Below the pieces are notes generated by a model that saw nothing but the letters and a program-made list of their open reading frames with translations, had not been told where the DNA came from and ran no database searches. A DNA stretch of 63,927 bases, counting the filler, from Octopus bimaculoides (taxonomy: Eukaryota): NCBI RefSeq assembly GCF_001194135.2. It is 6 parts of 6 records of this genome, joined end to end, with 100 filler letters (N's around TTAATTAATTAA, not from the genome) between each part and the next. Parts side by side here need not be neighbours in the genome. Positions count along the whole stretch, not along the records: positions 26,615 to 54,570 come from NC_068987.1; positions 54,671 to 62,615 come from NC_068996.1; positions 62,716 to 63,927 come from NC_068983.1; 3 more parts are not named here. The stretch is one strand, 5' to 3'. Numbering within the stretch: the first letter of the stretch is position 1; the number at the start of each line of letters is the position of its first letter. Made by a program: the position numbers and the translations under genes. Below are positions 52,209 to 63,927 of the stretch, one piece after another.

Positions 52209-53444
52209 NNNNNNNNNNNNNNNNNNNNNNNNNNNNNNNNNNNNNNNNNNNNNNNNNNNNNNNNNNNNNNNNNNNNNNNNNNNNNNNNNNNNNNNNNNNN
52301 NNNNNNNNNNNNNNNNNNNNNNNNNNNNNNNNNNNNNNNNNNNNNNNNNNNNNNNNNNNNNNNNNNNNNNNNNNNNNNNNNNNNNNNNNNNNNNNNNNNN
52401 NNNNNNNNNNNNNNNNNNNNNNNNNNNNNNNNNNNNNNNNNNNNNNNNNNNNNNNNNNNNNNNNNNNNNNNNNNNNNNNNNNNNNNNNNNNNNNNNNNNN
52501 NNNNNNNNNNNNNNNNNNNNNNNNNNNNNNNNNNNNNNNNNNNNNNNNNNNNNNNNNNNNNNNNNNNNNNNNNNNNNNNNNNNNNNNNNNNNNNNNNNNN
52601 NNNNNNNNNNNNNNNNNNNNNNNNNNNNNNNNNNNNNNNNNNNNNNNNNNNNNNNNNNNNNNNNNNNNNNNNNNNNNNNNNNNNNNNNNNNNNNNNNNNN
52701 NNNNNNNNNNNNNNNNNNNNNNNNNNNNNNNNNNNNNNNNNNNNNNNNNNNNNNNNNNNNNNNNNNNNNNNNNNNNNNNNNNNNNNNNNNNNNNNNNNNN
52801 NNNNNNNNNNNNNNNNNNNNNNNNNNNNNNNNNNNNNNNNNNNNNNNNNNNNNNNNNNNNNNNNNNNNNNNNNNNNNNNNNNNNNNNNNNNNNNNNNNNN
52901 NNNNNNNNNNNNNNNNNNNNNNNNNNNNNNNNNNNNNNNNNNNNNNNNNNNNNNNNNNNNNNNNNNNNNNNNNNNNNNNNNNNNNNNNNNNNNNNNNNNN
53001 NNNNNNNNNNNNNNNNNNNNNNNNNNNNNNNNNNNNNNNNNNNNNNNNNNNNNNNNNNNNNNNNNNNNNNNNNNNNNNNNNNNNNNATATATATTGATGT
53101 GTGTCTTTGTATTTGTCCCCCACCCCATCACTTGACAACCAATGTTGGTGTGTTTATGTCGCTGTAACTTAGCAACTTGTTCAAAAGAAATCGATAGAAT
53201 TAGTACTAGGCTTATAATGAATAAGTCCTGGGGTTGATTTCTTCAACTAGAAAACCCTTAAAGGCGGTGCTCCAGCATAGCCTCAGTCAAATGACTGAAA
53301 CAAGTAAAAGAAGAAAAGAATAAATGATCACACACAGACACATACGCACACATACATGCACACTTTGTGCTTCTACACAAGCTCCATCTACCAAATAATA
53401 CCCACATGGCATTGATCAGAATATTTTTGTTATTTTCTTTTCAG

Positions 53445-53619
53445 TTTAATGAAAAAACATCATATAATCCTCAGTCGAGATGGTCCATACAGTAATGTAC
53501 TGAAGTTTAAGCCTCCAATGTGTTTCAACAAGGATGATGCTGTGTTTCTTCTTGAAAAACTTGAAGAAGCTTTAATTGAATCCCAGGAATCTATCAGCAC
53601 AAAAACTAATGCTCTATGA
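53445..53619 (+). CDS. ETNPPL: ETNPPL/PHYKPL last coding exon
   Basis: TTTCAG|T LMKKHHIILSRDGPYSNVLKFKPPMCFNKDDAVFLLEKLEEALIESQESISTKTNAL* (TGA 53617-53619). The seven exons total 958 nt and splice in frame. Confidence 0.95.
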
Positions 53620-54265
53620 AATACGTCAACACCAATCATAACAGAATATTTTCTTTTTTTTCCTATACTCTTTTTATTACCTTTTTCATTAAGGTTTTTG
53701 TTATTTGATTTTTTTTTTCTAGCGTTTTTCACAAAAATATATTTTCTTTTAGAATAAGAAACTACATTTTCAGTCTTCTGTTCTAGAATTCTTACAAGGT
53801 GCTGACTTACAAAATAGGTATTTAATTGGTACTTCCATATTGAATATTTATATATTTTTANNNNNNNNNNTGTGTGTGATGTTGATAGTCTATGCTTTCA
53901 TTTGTTACTGCCTGAGTTAAAAGTTGATGTAGTGTTTACATTTCCTGTTGAAAATACATACAAAGTGCTCTGCACTCCTGAAGACAATAAATGAAAAAAA
54001 GAAAAATCCCTTATTTACAAAACAAATAAGTGTTGGTAACTGGAAGAGCACCTGACAGTAATGGTCTCCATCCATACTCAAATGGTCTCTGTTCATTTTT
54101 ACATCCAATTTTCCATGCTAGCTTGGAGAAATAATTATGAAACGAACAGGCATGGCTGTTTGGTAAGAAGCTTGCTTCCCAATCGCATTGTACATTGAGC
54201 TAGTGTCCTCTACTATAGCTTGCCTTGTGAGTGGATTTGGTAGATGGATACTGAAAGAAGCCCAT

Positions 54266-54343
<78 letters not shown>

Positions 54344-54614
54344 CTGCCTGGATTTGCCTGGGATTCTACCTAAGGGCCTATACCTTCACAGAAGTACGGA
54401 CCAACCTCCATATCCTGTGGAAGATGAACTGTGAACGTTATTCTCCTGTCTGTATTCTCCTATCTACTGCTTTACTCTTTATTCTTCTATCTACTATTTT
54501 ATTCATTATTTTATTCCTTATAGACTGTGAATTTTCCTGTTTAGAACTTTCATACATACTCACCTTGTCTNNNNNNNNNNNNNNNNNNNNNNNNNNNNNN
54601 NNNNNNNNNNNNNN

Positions 54615-54626
54615 TTAATTAATTAA
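54615..54626. other. Scaffolding linker TTAATTAATTAA
   Basis: 44 N on each side. Confidence 0.95.
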
Positions 54627-56142
54627 NNNNNNNNNNNNNNNNNNNNNNNNNNNNNNNNNNNNNNNNNNNNATCTCCACATGCTAGAAATAACAGTCAAAT
54701 CTCTTGAAATTGTTTTAATAACACCCTCGGTTTATTTTATTTTCTAAAAATCTTTGTACTTGTTTCAGTCATTGGACTGCTGGCATGAGGGCGTACCTGC
54801 TTGAAGAATTTTTGGTTGCGGAAAAATCATCATTTTAAAATATATATTTAAAGTTTTTTGTTTTCTTCTCTCAGCACTTACAGAGTAATGAGAATAATTT
54901 GACCTTTTGAACATTCTCCGGCCGTTGAAGATATAACAGAAGGCTAGTCATTCAAACATACTTCTTATCGTTTGCCTAAATAGGGAAATGGGTGTTTCTC
55001 CATAAAAATGACGAATTCTGGTTTTTGTGAAGAAAAAAACATGTCAGAGACATGTGTAATATTTACTTTCATTTTATGAGTGTATACATAGTCATTCAAA
55101 CGTACTTCTTATCGTTTTTATCTTTCTACACAGTTCTTGAAGTAAATGCTTTCCCTTTTGTTAGAACTCTGACAACATGTTAATTGAGAAGCACAGTCTT
55201 GTGTTCTTTTATTCTATTATTGACGTTAAGGTTGATTTATTTTCATTTTCAAACTTTAAAATTATTCTAAAAACGAGGAAAATAATTGAAACACGGAACA
55301 TATCATCGTGAGGGACATAGATATTTTGACACCGTTTTTCGATTGAATATATTTTGCTTATTTAAAAATTGGAATTTTGGAAAATAATTTTTTTTTTACA
55401 ACCGTGATTTCCGTTGTAGTTTACGTGAAATTATGAAAAAAAATTGTAAGATTTGGCTGTTATTTCTAGCATGTGAAGTGACCTTCTAGGCTTAACTTTA
55501 TGTGCTGGTTGAAAATCATCTAAAAATGATTCTGGGGTCGATACATTCGACTAAAAATTCCTCAAGTTGCTGCCCCAGCATGGCCGCAGTCCAGTGACTG
55601 AAACAATTAAAAAGATTTTTAGAAAATTAAAAAAAAAACGAAGAATAGCCCAAAAATATAACCGAGATGGTGGGGTATAAAGAAATTTCAAGAGATTTGG
55701 CTGTTATTTCTAGCATATCGAGAGACCTTCTAGGCTTAACTTCATTCACTGGTTGAAAATCATCTAAAAAAAATTCTGGGGGTCGATATAATCGACTAAA
55801 AATTCCTCAAGGTGGTGCCCCAGCATGGCCACAGGCTAATGACTGCAACAAGTAAAAAGAAAAACAAAAATATCACATAAGTAGTTTTGATCAAGCCAAA
55901 AAAATTCTAGGTTCCATAGAGCCATCTAGAAATTCTTCAAGGTGGTGCCCCAACATGGCCGGTCGCAGTCTAATAACTGCAACAAGTAAAAAAAAAAATT
56001 CTGGGGTCGATACATTAAACTAAAACTTCTAAAAAACGAAAAAATAACCGAAAAATATAACCGTGGGGCTTTTGTCCTGGGGTGCTTTTGTTTTAGGGAG
56101 TTTTTATATATATACTAGAGAGCTTTTATATATATATATATA

Positions 56143-56930
56143 CTAGATATACCCACCGTGATCCGTTGGGTCATAACCACTCCAAGTTGAAAATGTCGAT
56201 GCACGGCGGAAAAGGAAAAAATTTCTTAAATAATCTTTTCTACTCTGGGAACAAAGCGCGAAATTTTTATGGGGGGTGGGGGGCGTCGATTAGATTGACC
56301 CAGTACGCAACTGGTAGTTAATTTATCAACTCCAAAGCCAAAGCCGACCTCGGTGGAATTTAAACTCAGAACGCAAAGGTAGATGAAATACCACGAAGCA
56401 TTTCGCCTTAAAATTCTTAAATAATACAGTTCTCCTTTGGTGTAACAACATAAACATGACCAAGTATTTCTTCTTTGAAAATGTTCCTCGTTTTCTTCTT
56501 TGCCATTCTTTGTTACTACTATTCCAAGAGGAATACATGGGTACTTCAGCATAAACTAATGTTTTTGCAAAATCATCATTGATGCACAATGAAAAGAATT
56601 CTATCAATGTTGTTCTCATATGTCGTTCATTGACAGCCATATATATCCTTCTTATTTCTGAGCAATATTCTCTGTTCATCTGGTAGATGAACTTGCAGTC
56701 TAAGTACTACTGGTGCTCTTTCATGAATTGAAAATCCTAGAATGGATGCAACTGCTTCAGATGGTTCAATATGCCTATCCATTAGATATTGACTGATTTC
56801 ATTATCATTGTTTATTTGAACAGCAGCTTGGTCATTTCCTTTCAGTATGTACTTGATGACATACTTAATTGACCTCACTGACGAAACGATTTCAAAGTTG
56901 CAGTGACATTTGAACGCTCTAAGGTACAAC
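56143..56930 (-). mobile_element. Internally deleted Helitron: Rep-domain fragment plus 3' hairpin/CTAG terminus, with a nested SINE
   Basis: HCNFEIVSSVRSIKYVIKYILKGND...EAVASILGFSIHER...TLIEFFSLCINDDFAKTLVYAEVP...GELYYLRI. Hairpin at 56152-56170, then CTAG (56143-56146) followed by T. SINE at 56235-56413 with TSD TTCTTAAATAAT. Confidence 0.8.
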
Positions 56931-57703
56931 TCATTTGTTGTTTGTTTTTTCCATTCTTATGAAATTCAACTCTACCCATTGCAACTAATCTTCGTCTGTC
57001 TTTTGATTAAGATGATACAGATTAATATTTTATTTTAAATAAAAAAGCAATTTTACCCTTTAAGAGAAAAAAAATCAAGTACCCGTGATTCAAAAAATGT
57101 CTCAAAAAATATCGGGAGAATTTCTATCTTTTGGTCCACGGGACTCGAAAGTTGTATCAATGATTAAAGGGAAGAAAAATGAAAGTGAAGAAAAAGGAAG
57201 GACGGTGGTAGTTGCGGCAACTCTGTGAAGTGTCGACATTTTCAATTTCATTTTTTTGACTATTTTATTTGTAATCTTTATCATCTTAATCAAATGGCAG
57301 GAAAAACTTTGAATTTTAATGTGTGTGTGTGTGTGTGTAATATTTTGGACTAATGGATATATGTCGATTCGTGTGTTGAAGTGTTGAGTAGAACACTGGC
57401 ACAGTTTGGGCTACCTGGTGTCTTCCGTAGTTGGGGTATATTTCCGTTGGATCTACTTCAGGAACTCTGCAGTATTAGTTGAGATAATAATAATAATTTC
57501 TTAAGTAATGACTTAATGGATTTGCTATTAATCTTTATTTTGTACAACGGTCGTTTCGACTCATCCTGAGACCTAAAATGCAATATTGATGCAACACATG
57601 TTGAACGGAACCCCACCCGCAAAGGACAGTAGCAGAATGGGTCGATACAACCGTTGTACAAAATAAAGATTAATACCAAATCCATCTTCTCGTTACTTAA
57701 GAA

Positions 57704-57741
<38 letters not shown>

Positions 57742-57757
57742 CATTATTATTATTATT

Positions 57758-58056
57758 TCTCTTTATCACAGGTTTTGTTGGAACTCCTGGAGTCTTACAT
57801 GCGTAGCGTTCTTACTACCTGCAGCCTACGGTACCATGCTATCCGTTCTTTTCAACTATCTAATATTTTCCTGCTTATTCTGGCCGTGCCAAGGAAGCCA
57901 AGCTTTTATAAAAGTTCTACTGGACACTCTATTCCAATTTTCTTTATATTCCTCTTGATGCCTTCTGATACCGTTCTCAAGGACCCAACAATAATTGGCA
58001 CTATCTTCACCTTCCTTATTTTCCATAGCCGGGCTATTTTGTACTTAAGAGGGTTA

Positions 58057-58153
<97 letters not shown>

Positions 58154-58446
58154 GTCTGTCTGTCTGTCCGTCCGTCCGTCCGTCCGTCGTTCTGTCTGTC
58201 TGTCTGTCTGTCTTTTAACCTTCCTTCTTGACTATTCGTGGGTCAAAGGGGCACGCAACGTCAACTATATAGCATACGTGGTGCGCCTTGCCCACCATCA
58301 CTAGGTCCGATCTGTTACGCTCCTAGCACCTGATCTGTTTGGATCGGGAAATCCCAGAGGATCTTGCTAGTCTCCGACTCTGTCACTCTCTGCGATTTGT
58401 GCTCATACCACGTCTTGCCTCTCTCTAGCCCCAACTTTTTGCACAA

Positions 58447-58447
<1 letters not shown>
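57758..58447 (-). mobile_element. 5'-truncated R4/Dong-clade LINE (restriction-like endonuclease domain plus 3' UTR), flanked by (TAA)n on both sides
   Basis: LCKKLGL...WYEHK...KILWDFPIQTDQVL/ERNRSDLVMV...YIVDVACPFD...[13 protein letters not shown]...VPIIVGSL...LGTARISRKILDS* (stop 57852-57854); PD..D-type RLE motif. Confidence 0.85.
58057..58212. repeat. Compound (TATC)n(TGTC)n microsatellite interrupting the LINE ORF
   Basis: Direct reading. Confidence 0.95.
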
Positions 58448-58494
<47 letters not shown>

Positions 58495-58536
58495 TAATAT
58501 TATTATTATTATTATTATTATTGTTATTATTATTAC

Positions 58537-58585
<49 letters not shown>

Positions 58586-60289
58586 GTTATTATTATTATT
58601 ATATCGAATCTCCTGCGAGTTACCATGTGATCCCTTGACGGCAGTGTAAACTTCATTTGATTAAGATATCTTTGGTCCGTCGAGCAGCTAGCGGATTACT
58701 CCTCGTTTGGGTAATTACTACTTCCGAGGTTCTGCTACGAAACATATGTAACCTGGATTTTATCTACTCCATTCCCTAATTCTTGATTTTTATTTGCATA
58801 CACAGCTACACCAGCTGCAAACCATAAACTATAAAATAAATTTTTTCAGCTTATCGAACTTTCGTATGGGAAAAATTTACAACCTTCTATGTCAATAAAC
58901 CACTATTGTTCCTGAAAGTTGTTTTTTTAATACCTTCTTCGGACTACTCGAAGCTTACTAATTTCCTACACCTTGATCCTTGGATCTTACCTTTACATAT
59001 ATATTTAATTTCTAAGGTAAATATTTTTTCCCCGGATCTCCAATTTCTCTACCACCTCCACTGTAATATTTAGAATATACAAGAGAACAAAAGAATCCGT
59101 TACTGAAAAACCCTGTATAATGACATCTACTTCTAACCCAGGGACAAAGAATAAATCCATCGGGCCTATTCCAACTATCTCAAGATAATCCCATGGGTTT
59201 CAGGACTGAAGCTAAGAAGATGGTTAAATCAGACTAGGACGAAACTATCCGCCACAGATTTAACAACCCCAGATATTATCCTGCAGTTGAATTTGTTTCT
59301 TTTGTCGCACATCATTTGGCATGAAACTGATTATTTTCTTTAAAAGTGCTATTATCTCTAGTTGTAGTAATTATAATTTGATTCTATCTTCCTTAAAGTT
59401 TAACTCTAATATAGGCTAAAGATTTTTTTTTCTGAATTAATTTTCAAAATAATTCTCCGCTGGCGACAGTTTGTACAAACTTACTTTCCCCTCTACGACG
59501 GTAACATTATCGTTAACAGTAACCACGCTAATCCACAGTATGTAATCAACAATCAAGTACTTTACGTTTTCGAAAGCACCTGACCTCACAGCAAGAGCAC
59601 GGTGACCAGCCATCTGTTCTCAATAATAAAAGGATAGATAAGCTACGAGACACCTAAAAACGCAGTCGTAAAATCATTGAATTATGTGCCGTTTACTGAG
59701 GTGTCATATTTTTTTTTTTTAGGTTTAGAGTAGACTAAATCATATGTAAGAATGTGTCAGGGGTCACTGAAGAATCATGATGCAAATCACAAATCAACCT
59801 TTCAGTTTTCAAGTATGAATAGTACAACAACTCTATCAAAATACAAATGACAGCTGCATGAGAAACGCACAATTAAAATTTCATGGCCGATTTTATTCAC
59901 AGTATCAAGTACTTTCTGTAGTTTCTGTTGAGAGGAAAATTTTCAATTGTTAACTAAATATAAATAGAAACAGCTCAAACATTGACTGAAACAGTAGACA
60001 CTTTTTAACAGGAAATCCCCAGTTAAGATCCAAATGCTGAGATCTTTTATTTTTAATTCTTTGAGCCATTGGACTGCAGACATGCTGGGGGTACCGCCTT
60101 GAAAGATTCAACCGAGTAAATTGATTGCAGTATGCATTTTTAAGTCTGGTGCTTATTCTATCGGTATCTTTTCCGCACTACTGAGTTACGGGATGTAAAC
60201 AAACAACGAACTCAAACACATACACATATTGGACCACTGAACTGAACACGTTTTTTTTTCATTCTCTCTTTGTTTATTTCCTCTTATTG

Positions 60290-60325
60290 CTTTCTGTCGA
60301 AGAGCGTAAGCTCGAAACGTAAAAG
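60290..60325 (+). ncRNA. Minimal hammerhead-like motif with variant core CUGUCGA
   Basis: CUUU-CUGUCGA-A-GAGC(GUAA)GCUC-GAAA-CGU-A^AAAG: stem I 4 bp, stem II with a GNRA loop, palindromic ACGU, GUA triplet; A6 replaced by U. Confidence 0.5.
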
Positions 60326-60425
60326 ACTTTTCCATTTTCCCCGAGCATCAAACTAATACACTTGCTTGTTGTTCCTACACCTGTCTTCAGCTTTGTTTTT
60401 CTATAAATTTGAACTATATATAGGT

Positions 60426-60793
60426 GCAGGAGTGGCTGTGTGGTAAGTAGCTTGCTTTCCAACCACATAGTTCCGAGTTCAGTCCCACTGCATGGCACCT
60501 TGGGCAAGTGTCTTCTACTATAGCCTCGGGACAACCAAAGCTTTGTGGGTGGATTTGGTAGATGGAAACTGAAGGAAGCCCGTCGTATATATGTGTGTGT
60601 GTCTGTGTTTGTCCCCCCAAACTTCACTTGATAACCGATGCTGGTGTGTTTATGTCCCCGTAACTTAGCAGTTCGGCACAAGAGACCGATAGAATAAGTA
60701 CTAGGCTTACAAAGAATAAGACCTGAGGTCGATTTGCTCGACTAACAGCGGTGCTCCAGTATGGCTGCAGTCAAATTACTGAAACAAAGAGAA
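60426..60793 (+). mobile_element. SINE family A
   Basis: Matches 44362-44770. Confidence 0.85.
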
Positions 60794-61089
60794 TATATAT
60801 ATCAAAGAAAGTAGATGTGTAAAGCCGGAACAATACAAGAAGGTACAAAGTAAACTACGAATTGAAAGAAAACAGAATAAAATCGCAGTTTTACCTTGTA
60901 TTTCTATATTTCGAGGTGAAGACGCTTCTTCAACACATTCGGAATAGCAGTGGCTGGAAAAAGTTTGTTGCTTATGTATACACAGTGATACAGTGAGCAA
61001 TATATATGTATGCGTGTGTGCATGTATGCATTCATACATATATTACTATCTGTATCGCTGTATCGATCAGACTATCGGATGTTGTTATA

Positions 61090-61295
61090 CATCGCTGATT
61101 ACAATGCACTTCCAATTCTTTCTTGATTGCACCATTTGTTTGTATCTTGACCCAAATTGTTTAACTAAAGCGTCTTCTCATCGTTGCAGAAACGTTCTGA
61201 ATGGACCTTTCTGAACGCTTGGAGGCCACTTGGCAACTACTATCGTCTGTGAAACTTGCGAGATGTCCGGCCAAACTGTACTTGTACATTCAGTG
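61090..61295 (-). mobile_element. RTE-group LINE 3' fragment, degenerate
   Basis: KYSLAGHLASFTDD...EDALVKQFGSRYKQMVQSRKNWKC resembles the RTE C-terminal WAGH..R...W motif region. Confidence 0.55.
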
Positions 61296-61658
61296 TTCTA
61301 CAACCACGCTGTTCCCTCCGCTCCGTTCTTTAAATTATCTTATTTCGGATATACACCCGTATATATACTTATTCTGCATAGTAGATTAATAGGTCAATAC
61401 AAAACGTAATGTCAATTAAAAAATGACTGACGAAAGAACACGTGTTACTTAATTACTTTCATTATCTTACAGCTGTTTTTGTTATAAATAAGTAAGCGCG
61501 CACTCAGAGTTGATTGCCAATGCGATATCTTATACCTTCTTTTGGACCCATTTGAAAATTTATGTATAAATACATAGTGCATACACATATATGTGTGCGC
61601 GTGTGTGTGTATGTGCTTCTATAATATATACTATACTTACTCTTTACTTGTTTCAGTC

Positions 61659-61704
<46 letters not shown>

Positions 61705-62036
61705 ACACACATATATATTANNNNNNNNNNNNNNNNNNNNNNNNNNNNNNNNNNNNNNNNNNNNNNNNNNNNNNNNNNNNNNNNNNNNNNNNNNNNNNNN
61801 NNNNNNNNNNNNNNNNNNNNNNNNNNNNNNNNNNNNNNNNNNNNNNNNNNNNNNNNNNNNNNNNNNNNNNNNNNNNNNNNNNNNNNNNNNNNNNNNNNNN
61901 NNNNNNNNNNNNNNNNNNNNNNNNNNNNNNNNNNNNNNNNNNNNNNNNNNNNNNNNNNNNNNNNNNNNNNNNNNNNNNNNNNNNNNNNNNNNNNNNNNNN
62001 NNNNNNNNNNNNNNNNNNNNNNNNNNNNNNNNNNNN

Positions 62037-62095
<59 letters not shown>

Positions 62096-62659
62096 TACTC
62101 TGCAAATGATATTTCTATAATTCTCAATTTTAATATGTTTTGTGAACTAACATACAGCAGCAACTGAGATTTACTCTAACTACCTACACTATACACGCAC
62201 GCGCACGCACACACACACACATATCATATAAGATAGAGTGAACATGTCATATTACGTATCACTACAATTGTATCAACAGATCATAACCAGCTGTTCATTG
62301 CTGAATGCTGCATATATTATAAACAAAACACTGTGTAAATTAATACCATTCAACAATACCGACAGAACCATTTCATCAGGTGAGTATAGGACAAAAAACT
62401 CTGTTAAATCAGATTCTGATTTTTTTACATTATATACCTACACTGAAATACTATTTTTAACATTGTACAGACAAATAAATAAACACAGATAAATAAAAGA
62501 TCGAACGGCAGAAAAATATAAAAAACAAAGGGAAAGAAACAAAATAAAGAACAAAGAAACATTATACTCATTCAACGATAAACCACAAACACGATTCCGG
62601 TTGCAATTTTTTTTTNNNNNNNNNNNNNNNNNNNNNNNNNNNNNNNNNNNNNNNNNNNN

Positions 62660-62671
62660 TTAATTAATTAA
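62660..62671. other. Scaffolding linker TTAATTAATTAA
   Basis: 44 N on each side. Confidence 0.95.
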
Positions 62672-63801
62672 NNNNNNNNNNNNNNNNNNNNNNNNNNNNN
62701 NNNNNNNNNNNNNNNGTCCCCCCAACATAGCTTGACAACCGATGCTGATGTGTTTACATCCCCGTAACCTAGCGGTTCGGCAAAAGGGACCGTTAGAAAA
62801 AGTACTAAGCTTACAAAGAATAAGTCTTGGGGTCGACTTGCTCGACTAAAGTCGGTGCTCCAGCATGGCCGCAGTTAAATGACTGAAACGAATAAAAGAA
62901 TATATATACACATAAGGATAAGCATATTAAAAGGGGTTCGTGGGAAAACTTTAAATAAAAGCGTTGGGAACCACTGTAAATAGGTTGGGAACCACTGTAA
63001 ATAGGTTGGGAACCACTGGACTAAATCCTTCTAGGTAATACCCCAGCATGGCCACTGTGGCCATGATGGGGTAATACCACAGCATAGCAACAGTGCATTT
63101 CTTGGAACAAGTTATAAATAAATGAAAAGATAGGTAATTGGTTTTCGAATGAATAAGGTCTCCAAATCTTTCTTTCTGTATATTCTCTGTTGCTAATAAA
63201 ATGCTAAACTGCGAAGTTGTATTCATAAAAAAAAAAAAACTGTTTTGTGAGGACAGAAAATAATGTCATTGAATCAATCTTCTCCAGTTCTAAATAGAAT
63301 TCTATTTATCACGTGTACTATTTCACATGCTGCGTGGTATATTATATATATAACAATAAAGTAGTAACGTCAGCATGACGGTAAAAAGAAAGAAATTAAC
63401 ATAGAAATAGAGGAGATCATCATGAATAAGAAAAACCTTTTTGTTTAGCCCTAGGACTCATGAGATCGATTATCCAGTCTCTATAGCGTATAAGTGACCG
63501 AACTCATTCTCATTACTCCGCCGTTTCGTTGCAGAGTTCAAGGCCAGCAGTTTTGATTGCAGGTGGCAAGTCGATTACATCGACGCCAGTGTGAACTGGT
63601 TCTCCAGTAAAGGAAAAGTTGACGTCAGCGGAATTTGAATCGAGGCTATAAAGCACCAGCAGGGTTGCCGCTAAGCATTTTGTCCGATATGTTAATGGTT
63701 CTGCTAGCTCACTGCCTTTGTAAATAAGATCGAAAGACTGTAGAAAAGTGAACTTTGTATCCATTCATTGTAAAATCTGTATACATACATACATACATAC
63801 A

Positions 63802-63836
<35 letters not shown>

Positions 63837-63852
63837 GTGTATATATGTGTGT

Positions 63853-63884
<32 letters not shown>

Positions 63885-63927
63885 CTGTGTATGTGTGTGT
63901 ATGTGTGTGCGTATATATATATATATA

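Noticed and set aside
53871-54051. Real segmental duplication near the gene end
   Set aside because: An identical, gap-abutting copy and split SINE halves favour assembly mis-ordering; no exon is duplicated.
60905-60955. Minus-strand UUGAAGA...CGAAAUAUA hammerhead-like string
   Set aside because: C3 is missing, stem II is poor and stem I does not pair.

Overview
Eukaryotic, AT-rich, microsatellite- and SINE-dense draft-assembly DNA with many N gaps. The repeat landscape looks like a coleoid cephalopod, most likely Octopus (inference, not verified). One protein-coding gene is firmly supported: seven + strand exons (30053-53619) of a class-III PLP aminotransferase-family phospho-lyase (ETNPPL/PHYKPL, AGXT2L). 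They splice in frame into the C-terminal 318 codons plus stop. The N-terminal exons were not found. The rest is mostly transposon debris: Tc1, mariner, maT/DD37D, hAT-, mariner- and piggyBac-type MITEs, Helitron, RTE, CR1/L2, R4/Dong and Penelope-like fragments, plus several tRNA-derived SINE families. There is also a near-intact tRNA-Asn(GTT). The most unusual signal is a set of minimal type-I hammerhead ribozyme motifs in four unrelated contexts: a ~300-bp-period tandem array (5098-6412, retrozyme-like), a tRNA-headed element inserted into that array, a hammerhead inside a 48-bp inverted repeat (13388-13532), and a variant-core motif at 60290. Other signals are a CpG-depleted domain matching the gene body, a 246-bp fold-back, a microsatellite grown out of a LINE ORF, two orphan minus-strand exon candidates and several assembly artefacts. 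All alignments and folds were done by eye; no databases were searched and novelty is unverified.
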